IMG/VR virus record: IMGVR_UViG_3300020030_000067
Coordinates: 1 to 6,059 of that record
Length of the DNA: 6,059 nucleotides
DNA from: a virus
Direction: 5' to 3' (one strand)
Part shown: piece after piece, positions 1 to 4,949 of the stretch
Numbering within the stretch: the first letter of the stretch is position 1
How the letters are laid out: the number at the start of each line of letters is the position of its first letter
Notes under the pieces: model-generated
Seen by the model: the letters and a program-made list of their open reading frames with translations, nothing else
Databases searched by the model: none
Told to the model about the DNA's origin: nothing
Translations under genes and position numbers: made by a program

Positions 1-121
1 CGACATCAGAACCATTGCGGCAAGGGTTTTTCTTGTCGAAATAGCGACGGTTACGTATCCATATGGGTGACGAACAAGGCATTAGAGGAAGCTTCTAAGA
101 CAATCAAACTTGATAGCAGGA
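1..121. repeat. Terminal redundancy copy 1. It is the assembly overlap of a circular genome, not a biological repeat.
   Basis: Direct reading shows 1..121 is base-for-base identical to 5939..6059 (offset 5938). This copy holds the 3' end of the 66-aa ORF and a duplicated 5' end of the Rep CDS (ATG at 82..80, first ~27 codons running off the window edge). Confidence 0.96.
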
Positions 122-282
122 TGATCGAGACGACAGCGATTGAGGTAATCAATAGCAGGCTCTTCTTCAGCAAACCAGGCAATAACGACACGTTTCTTGC
201 CGCGATAAGCTCCAATAGAAAAACGGTAGGGGGCACCATTAACTACAGGAGAAAAACGGGGGCGAAAATCAAATATATCCAT
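82..282 (-). CDS. Hypothetical small protein (66 aa from ATG 282). A longer 107-aa form from GTG 405 is possible but less likely.
   Basis: The ORF track gives 82..405, but its start is GTG (plus-strand 'cac' at 403..405). The first ATG is at 282..280, preceded by an AT-rich leader like the other genes. By hand count, - strand third codon positions are pyrimidine in 44/54 codons over 121..282. That matches about 76/97 in a capsid-gene stretch (3330..3620). The figure falls to 21/41 over 283..405. The stop TAA (84..82) overlaps the Rep ATG (82..80) as TAATG. I recognise no family. Confidence 0.45.
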   Translation of the reverse strand: MDIFDFRPRFSPVVNGAPYRFSIGAYRGKKRVVIAWFAEEEPAIDYLNRCRLDHPAIKFDCLRSFL

Positions 283-320
283 AATCAAAAAATAATACTT
301 TGCGCTTCGAAAGACGGTAC

Positions 321-390
321 TTTCGAGCACGAAAACTGTTTCGTTACGCCGCCCGACGGCCTTAACGGCCGGGACGCTTCGCGTCTTCGG
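321..390. other. Cluster of short stem-loops in a locally GC-rich non-coding (or doubtfully coding) stretch
   Basis: TTTCG(321-325)/CGAAA(330-334), or alternatively CGAAA(330-334)/TTTCG(339-343). CC..CGGCC(353-361)/GGCCGGG(367-373) with a TTAAC loop. GACGC(373-377)/GCGTC(381-385) extended by CCG(369-371)/CGG(388-390). Positions 341..400 are about 70% G+C by hand count, clearly above the flanks. Confidence 0.4.
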
Positions 391-420
391 GCTCCATGGC
401 TTCACTCCACGCTCTATATA

Positions 421-434
421 CCGAATAAATTCGG
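421..434. promoter_or_regulatory. Inverted repeat CCGAAT-aa-ATTCGG, a possible protein-binding site or small hairpin
   Basis: Read directly: 6-bp perfect arms (421-426 and 429-434) separated by 2 nt. It lies in the non-coding region and is immediately flanked by TATATA (415-420). Function unknown. Confidence 0.25.
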
Positions 435-449
435 TGAGCTTGAGAGCAA

Positions 450-484
450 AAACTCCCAGGGGAGAAAAACTCTCCCAGGAGTTT
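450..484 (-). terminator. Intrinsic-terminator-like hairpin downstream of the 107-aa ORF
   Basis: On the - strand: AAACTCC-T-GGGAGA-GTTTT-TCTCCC-CTG-GGAGTTT followed by TTGC. This gives 7+6 bp of stem with a small internal loop, running into a 5-T tract (GGAGTTTTTG). It starts 43 nt after the stop at 527..529. Confidence 0.4.
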
Positions 485-526
485 CGTAATTAAAGAACCT
501 TCCCACCAACCGGGCGAGTCACCACT

Positions 527-850
527 TTAGTTCCTCGTCCCTTCTTCCTTCGTCGTGCTTTCATAGTAGTTAAGTCCGAAATTAAAAATGAGTACTATTG
601 TGTTGTCGAAAAAATCAACGATAGAGCCAGGAAGATCTCCACAAGAAGTAACAAGGTCAAAAACTTCCGAATGATCAATATAAAGCGAATCACTAATGTG
701 CGAACTCTTCAGAAAACGCGCAATAGGGGTATCCTTAATAGCGTCAAAAGGAAGGGGTTCAAAACGGCCATCTTTGAGACAACCTACCTGGACGAGGTCA
801 ATTTTAAGGGCCGGATTAACTCGACGAATAACAGCATGAATTTGTGTCAT
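527..850 (-). CDS. Hypothetical protein (107 aa from ATG 850). Upstream alternative starts are ATG 895 and TTG 922.
   Basis: The ORF track gives 527..922, but its start codon is TTG (plus-strand 'caa' at 920..922) and would overlap the upstream ORF by 61 nt. ATG 850 lies 11 nt after the upstream stop (862..864) and has an AT-rich leader. The protein is mildly acidic. I recognise no motif family. Confidence 0.5.
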   Translation of the reverse strand: MTQIHAVIRRVNPALKIDLVQVGCLKDGRFEPLPFDAIKDTPIARFLKSSHISDSLYIDHSEVFDLVTSCGDLPGSIVDFFDNTIVLIFNFGLNYYESTTKEEGTRN

Positions 851-861
851 AATAATATAGT

Positions 862-1179
862 TTAAAGGGTAGATTTGAATTTGCGACAAAAACATCTCCA
901 AAGATTCGACTTGGCTGTCCAAAAGTCGTAACCTTCCGATGTCATGGTATACAGAAACGACGTAGAAATGATATTTTCGACGCCAAGATGAGGCGAACGG
1001 TACAAAGCAAGAAGCTTAGCACGCAGATTATCGCGAAAAGATCGATGGTTCGGGCAAAGTCGCTGAAAGTTCTCTTTATACGCAGAGAATAAACCTCGAC
1101 GAACGAGCCACTCGGTGAACATATACTCAAGGACGTCAACAGGGAGGTCTGAGCGCTTAGATGTTTTAATTGCTTTCAT
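862..1179 (-). CDS. Hypothetical basic protein (105 aa)
   Basis: ATG start at 1179. The ORF occupies its own slot between VP2 and the next ORF. By hand count it has about 18 K/R against 9 D/E. It is Trp/Phe-rich near the C-terminus (SFLYTMTSEGYDFWTAKSNLW). No family recognised. Confidence 0.55.
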   Translation of the reverse strand: MKAIKTSKRSDLPVDVLEYMFTEWLVRRGLFSAYKENFQRLCPNHRSFRDNLRAKLLALYRSPHLGVENIISTSFLYTMTSEGYDFWTAKSNLWRCFCRKFKSTL

Positions 1180-1205
1180 GATAGTGCGATTATTGGTTTA
1201 CAGCG

Positions 1206-1213
1206 CAAATATA
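1206..1213 (-). promoter_or_regulatory. Possible Bacteroidota-type -7 promoter element (TAnnTTTG)
   Basis: Plus-strand caaatata is TATATTTG on the - strand, 27 nt upstream of the ATG at 1179. It is the only exact TAnnTTTG I found on the coding strand, and it sits in an intergenic spacer. I saw no well-spaced -33 TTTG, and about one occurrence per strand is expected by chance. Confidence 0.25.
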
Positions 1214-1225
1214 AAGCAAAAAGGA

Positions 1226-1262
1226 TGAACAATAGAGTTTAAAAAGTAGAAAGGATTGTTCA
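1226..1262 (-). terminator. Weak terminator-like hairpin after VP2
   Basis: On the - strand: TGAACAAT (1262-1255) / ATTGTTCA (1233-1226), an 8-bp AT-rich stem with a 21-nt loop, followed by TCCTTTTTGC. It begins 3 nt after the VP2 stop. The large loop and weak stem make it doubtful. Confidence 0.2.
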
Positions 1263-1265
1263 ATT

Positions 1266-2513
1266 TCACCTTACATAGCGACGAGAGGCCTTCGTAGTTC
1301 CAGCATATCTGCCATCTTTGCCGTAAATTTCTCTACTTTCATCGTAATCGACAGGGGTAGGACGCTTCGTTACAGCCGTGCCGGCGATAGCCATAGCTCC
1401 AAGCAAAGCGGTTCTCGCCAAACCATAACCAAAGGCATTCTTACTGGACCGATTTTGGAACCAGCGACCCGAAAGATCTTGTTCACCTTCTGAGGCGGCG
1501 AGACCCATAAGCTTCTGATGAATCTGACGACCCGTCATCTTCATTGTTCTGCCGGTGGGTTTACCTTTTTCGTTAACCTCAGGGACATCAATCTCTGAAT
1601 CCCAATTGAGCTCAAACCACTCACGAAGATCAGCCAGGTTAACCTTACGTATTTCAGACTCGACGTTTAAGACATCACCGGAAGCAGCAGATTCGTAAGC
1701 AGCGGCGAAATCTCGGGCGATTTGGGCGGCATAAACAGAATCGAAATATTTGTCATTGTATTTCCTGATCTGGTTTGCTTCCTCAACATGTTTCGAATAC
1801 ATGGCGACAAAATCCTGAAACTTATACGTAGACATAAGATCTGCGTATTCGGCGTCAGCAGCATGAATATCAGCCAAAGCGCGATTAAGGCGAATTAATT
1901 CAGAAACATTATTGATGTTGTGTTCTAAAGACTTCTTCTCTAAATTATCCATCTCCTTTCGCCAGTCCGCGCTATGAGTATTACCTCTCATGAATTCAGC
2001 CTCGGCATTGTCTCGGTTCGCAGCAGCGGTATTGCGGTCAACCGTAGATCGTGCAAGCATATTTTCTGCAATAGCGGTGGGGCTGGCAGGAGCAAAAACG
2101 CCAGGGCCAACAGGGGCACCACCAGAGGGACCTGAAGCAGAGGGTATAGGAGCAGAGCCACCCGACATAGTAGCATTCACGCCGACACCTGAAGATCCCA
2201 AAACAGCCGCAGGCGTCACGCCAGCTTTCAAGTAGCGATCAAAAACCTTCGAAGGATCGTTATAGGCGTTTTCGTAATCAAATTGTTTTTGCCAGTTAGC
2301 ATAGGAAAGTTCAGACTGCTTTTGCATTTGTTCGAGAGCATACTTTTGTTGAAGCTTCATCTGTTTTTGCTGATACTTCCATTGACGACGAGCATTCATG
2401 CCGCCAAAAAGCTGGCCAAGAGCACCGGTAACCAAACCAGTAGTGCCCGTAGAGGCGGCAGACTGACCGAGGGATGCACCAAAAGACGCAGCAGCAGCAG
2501 CGGGGATAGCCAT
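1266..2513 (-). CDS. VP2: Minor capsid / DNA pilot protein (VP2, protein H-like), 415 aa
   Basis: It has an Ala/Gly/Ser-rich N-terminus followed by a Q/K-rich helical segment. It carries the characteristic microvirus VP2 motif YNDPSKVFDRYLKAGVTPAAVLG (compare N-x-P-S...L..AG.NP..). There is a G/S/P-rich linker and a hydrophobic stretch near the C-terminus (GLARTALLGAMAIAGTAV). Its position downstream of the capsid gene and its size are typical. Confidence 0.85.
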   Translation of the reverse strand: MAIPAAAAASFGASLGQSAASTGTTGLVTGALGQLFGGMNARRQWKYQQKQMKLQQKYALEQMQKQSELSYANWQKQFDYENAYNDPSKVFDRYLKAGVTPAAVLGSSGVGVNATMSGGSAPIPSASGPSGGAPVGPGVFAPASPTAIAENMLARSTVDRNTAAANRDNAEAEFMRGNTHSADWRKEMDNLEKKSLEHNINNVSELIRLNRALADIHAADAEYADLMSTYKFQDFVAMYSKHVEEANQIRKYNDKYFDSVYAAQIARDFAAAYESAASGDVLNVESEIRKVNLADLREWFELNWDSEIDVPEVNEKGKPTGRTMKMTGRQIHQKLMGLAASEGEQDLSGRWFQNRSSKNAFGYGLARTALLGAMAIAGTAVTKRPTPVDYDESREIYGKDGRYAGTTKASRRYVR

Positions 2514-2514
2514 A

Positions 2515-2706
2515 TTACATCTGAGTTAAATTGTTTGAACGAATAATATAGTCAATACGCACTGTGTCGACATGAATGCCACTGCGCTGTACCCTGGCCT
2601 GAGCAGAACACGATGACAAGAAAAAAGTAGCCAAAGCAGCAACAATGGAAGAGACAAGTGTCCAAAAAGCTTTCGACTTATAAAAAGGAATCTTAGTATC
2701 TGACAT
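2515..2706 (-). CDS. Small predicted lipoprotein or single-pass membrane protein (63 aa)
   Basis: ATG start. The N-terminus is basic (KIPFYKSK), followed by an 18-residue hydrophobic core (AFWTLVSSIVAALATFFL). Then comes L-S-S-C, which fits the lipobox [LVI][ASTVI][GAS]C with Cys33 and leaves a 31-aa mature peptide. It has its own non-overlapping slot. Its stop TAA is 1 nt from the VP2 ATG (TAA-T-ATG). Third-position pyrimidine bias is consistent with coding (about 41/64). Confidence 0.6.
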   Translation of the reverse strand: MSDTKIPFYKSKAFWTLVSSIVAALATFFLSSCSAQARVQRSGIHVDTVRIDYIIRSNNLTQM

Positions 2707-2737
2707 AAGTTCGAAAATTTAAAGAACGATAGAAAAA

Positions 2738-2810
2738 TGCGCGGCCTCTCCTGCAGTCGTTACCAATAACCTTCAGCAATTCACGAACTCTTGCGGAAGG
2801 GGTCCGCGCA
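2738..2810 (-). terminator. Long imperfect hairpin followed by a T-run. It may be an intrinsic terminator, an ssDNA structural element, or both.
   Basis: TGCGCGG (2738-2744) pairs with CCGCGCA (2804-2810). The stem continues imperfectly (2745-2756 with 2791-2802, one bulged base at 2803) around a ~34-nt apical region. On the - strand the 3' arm ...GGCCGCGCA is followed directly by TTTTTCT. It starts 31 nt after the stop of the 98-aa ORF. Confidence 0.45.
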
Positions 2811-2840
2811 CGTAGCATATATCGTCGAGTGAAGAGTGTA

Positions 2841-3137
2841 CTATTTTTCTTCAGAATTAGAGGACTTTGAAGTCGATTTCGATCTATCTATCTCTGAATC
2901 AATAAGTTCCTGACCAACCTCGAGACCATCAAACTTATCCATACGAGAAAACGAATTAGGGTCGAAATCAATTTCAGGGTTAAACCTTTCACCCTTTTCG
3001 AAATCAGAGGGTTCCACTATTACATCCGGACGACCAGGGAGAACTTCGACAGAACCAGAACCGTCGAGAACAGAGAGAATACGCTGACCACGAGAAATAT
3101 AAGCGGGAGTATCCTCGAGAATCCAATCAAGTGCCAT
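2841..3137 (-). CDS. Hypothetical strongly acidic protein (98 aa), possibly a scaffolding-type protein
   Basis: ATG start 12 nt after the capsid stop. Hand count gives about 22 D/E against 11 K/R, with a Ser/Lys-rich tail. It sits directly downstream of the capsid gene. I do not see the gokushovirus VP3 signature, so the function is inferred only from charge, size and position. Confidence 0.55.
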   Translation of the reverse strand: MALDWILEDTPAYISRGQRILSVLDGSGSVEVLPGRPDVIVEPSDFEKGERFNPEIDFDPNSFSRMDKFDGLEVGQELIDSEIDRSKSTSKSSNSEEK

Positions 3138-3149
3138 AAAATCAATATA

Positions 3150-4946
3150 TTAACGATTAGACAAACGGGTTGCAAATGTTTTGTTAACTAAATTCTTCTT
3201 CTGGACTGAATAAGAAATATTTACAAAAAAATTATCCTCCACTTTTGAATTAAAGGGTGAATTCACTTGCGATAAATCAGTAAAAAGTATTGGGTAATAA
3301 TAAGATTCGGGCAAAGAGCCTGTGTTGCTGGAGGTTAGAACGGCGCGCTGCTGAACCCAATAAGAGTAAAGCGGGATACCGGAGCCACCCTCGGCGGGGT
3401 CTCGCCAATAAGCCTGAAGTTGGCCAAGAACCTCGTCGTAAGAAGCTCGAAATTCATTAAAACACGGCTCGGAGGCAGAGCTGGCGCCAGGATTACCGTT
3501 AAACGCTATACGAAAAGCTGGAACATCTTGATAGCCAATGTCGTTATAAATAGGGTTGAAATAATCAGGGCCGGAATAGTTAAGGTAGTCGGGTTTAATA
3601 AAACTCCAGTAATAAACAGGTCTAATACTCAACATGTCGATCACATAGCCGGGCTCGCGAAAATAATAAGACTGTCGGCGACCCAAACGTTCATTAAACG
3701 CAATAGAACCACCCTGCTGGCCAAGAGGTTGGTTGCCAGAAAAATTATTGTCACCCGCTTGATTCATCACAATCTGGACGTTAATTGTCTGAGAAGCGCT
3801 AAAAAGAAGCTTAGGCCGGTCAACATGTTCAATCTTGGAAGCAAAAAACGTCTCCAGCCAATCGCTATAGCGACTACCGCCAGCACCTAAAAGGTCCTTG
3901 TATTCCTGAAGACGGGAGGCAATGGCCAACTGCGGAATAGTGCTAACACCTGACATGGAAACGGCGGAAGACGAACCTACGGGAACAAGACGGCTAAACC
4001 GGTCGGGGTTCGAAGGTACGACAGCCATAGGATGAGCGACCAGGAAATAAGCCAAAGCCGTCGAAGCGTTAGAACTGGGAGTCGGAAGAGTTTGCGAAAG
4101 AATACCCGTAGCGCCAACCGGCGTTGTACCTGGATAAGTGCTAACAACAGGGTACCCATCGGTAGAGGCGCCACTATTATCCAAATCAGAGCGAATAATC
4201 TGGAAAAAGAGATTACCGCGATTGAACGTATTATTCGAAGAAGATACAGCAGATGGATAAAATTGGCTCTCGTAAAAAGCGTCTAAGAACTCAAGATTAC
4301 CATAACATTGCGTGAAAAATCTGGAATCATCTGGATTATCAGGGTTAAGGGTATATGCACCACCTGAATAAATAATCTTATTCGCCATAGGCCACGCAAA
4401 CGAGTAGAGTCCCCACTGCGAATAACCATAGTAATTTCGAACGATATCCCAATAAGCCAAATACGTATCAGCGTTAGACCACTCACTAATGGAGGCGGAT
4501 GCCGGAAGGCCGGTAGAAGCTAATGGGGTTCCACCAGCATTGTATTTATTGCCGATGCGAAGCCAAGAGAAAAGTGAATTTGTATACGATGCGCCGAAAT
4601 AATCAATATTCAAAGAGCCGGTAGAAGGGATTGTAGAGCAAAGCCAATTCAAACTCAAGGCATTCATATCGAACTTGCTGCTGTTTGTTCTCAACTCAGG
4701 ATGGTACAACTGCAGGGGTACCCAAAAGCGGTGGAGTCGAATAGTGTATGGATTAAACGTTGGAACAGCCAAAGGGTTACTACGAACGTCTATGCCTTGC
4801 TCGATAGATACACGATCGCGAGCATTAATAAAATCAATCCGCACCGGATATAAAATACCCGGCGTGCATGTAAAAGCTTTACTCTCAGGAACATCGTAGC
4901 GAGAATAGCCATTTACGGCATGCGAAATAAAAGGTTGTTTTCCCAT
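3150..4946 (-). CDS. VP1: Major capsid protein (VP1, protein F-like), 598 aa
   Basis: It shows the typical Microviridae capsid N-terminus (...FTCTPGILYPVRIDFINARDRVSIEQGIDVRSNPLAVPTFNPYTIRLHRFWVPLQL...). It also has the conserved central block ASRLQEYKDLLGAGGSRYSDWLETFFAS..DRPKLL. It is the largest ORF and lies immediately after Rep (TAA-TTT-ATG). Confidence 0.95.
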   Translation of the reverse strand: MGKQPFISHAVNGYSRYDVPESKAFTCTPGILYPVRIDFINARDRVSIEQGIDVRSNPLAVPTFNPYTIRLHRFWVPLQLYHPELRTNSSKFDMNALSLNWLCSTIPSTGSLNIDYFGASYTNSLFSWLRIGNKYNAGGTPLASTGLPASASISEWSNADTYLAYWDIVRNYYGYSQWGLYSFAWPMANKIIYSGGAYTLNPDNPDDSRFFTQCYGNLEFLDAFYESQFYPSAVSSSNNTFNRGNLFFQIIRSDLDNSGASTDGYPVVSTYPGTTPVGATGILSQTLPTPSSNASTALAYFLVAHPMAVVPSNPDRFSRLVPVGSSSAVSMSGVSTIPQLAIASRLQEYKDLLGAGGSRYSDWLETFFASKIEHVDRPKLLFSASQTINVQIVMNQAGDNNFSGNQPLGQQGGSIAFNERLGRRQSYYFREPGYVIDMLSIRPVYYWSFIKPDYLNYSGPDYFNPIYNDIGYQDVPAFRIAFNGNPGASSASEPCFNEFRASYDEVLGQLQAYWRDPAEGGSGIPLYSYWVQQRAVLTSSNTGSLPESYYYPILFTDLSQVNSPFNSKVEDNFFVNISYSVQKKNLVNKTFATRLSNR

Positions 4947-4949
4947 AAA

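Noticed and set aside
107-115. AACTTGATA, a 9-nt match to the core of the phiX174 origin nick site (CAACTTG/ATATTAATAAC). It is also present in the duplicate at 6045..6053.
   Set aside because: It is on the given + strand, antisense to all genes, whereas the Rep nick site must be on the coding-sense viral strand. The match does not extend beyond 9 nt. A match of this length somewhere in 6 kb on either strand is not very improbable. Rep proteins this divergent need not share the phiX site.
1-121. Terminal direct repeat read as LTR, IS ends or a biological DTR
   Set aside because: The repeat is direct and exact, and it cuts through the Rep coding sequence. That is the signature of a circular molecule assembled past its start point. 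No transposase or integrase is present.
82-405. Full 107-aa version of the small ORF as given in the ORF track
   Set aside because: The start is GTG with no convincing initiation context. The upstream 41 codons lose the third-position pyrimidine bias (21/41 against 44/54) and coincide with a GC-rich hairpin cluster. It is kept only as an alternative to the ATG 282 start.
67-489. 140-aa ORF on the + strand (GTG start) spanning the Rep start and the 66-aa ORF
   Set aside because: It lies in the exact codon-complement register of the - strand ORF. That register tends to stay open because its stops correspond to TTA/CTA/TCA codons. The base-position bias over 121..282 matches the - strand genes. 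Every credible gene in this genome, and in known Microviridae, is on one strand.
841-868. AT-rich stretch (gtgtcataataatatagtttaaag) with faint resemblance to a XerCD dif site, a possible attP of a temperate microvirus
   Set aside because: Only about 7/11 matches to the XerD arm and a poor XerC arm. It lies in coding sequence at a gene junction, where AT-richness is expected. A second ATTATG-containing stretch at 279..298 is no better.
942-1139. Short hydrophobic same-strand overlapping ORFs (942..1139, 1667..1864, 1988..2176, 3977..4174, 4283..4486, 5537..5746, 51..239)
   Set aside because: All are 62-69 aa, within chance expectation. Their Leu/Phe/Ile richness is what a T-rich coding strand gives in any off-frame. 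Only the 119-aa ORF in Rep stands out enough to report.
3420-3890. 156-aa + strand ORF inside the capsid gene. Similar + strand ORFs are at 671..865, 2283..2546, 4032..4286, 4962..5180 and 5598..5927.
   Set aside because: All sit in the codon-complement register of a well-supported - strand gene (shadow ORFs). Their sequences are low-complexity and K/R/N/I-rich, and they have no independent slot or signals.
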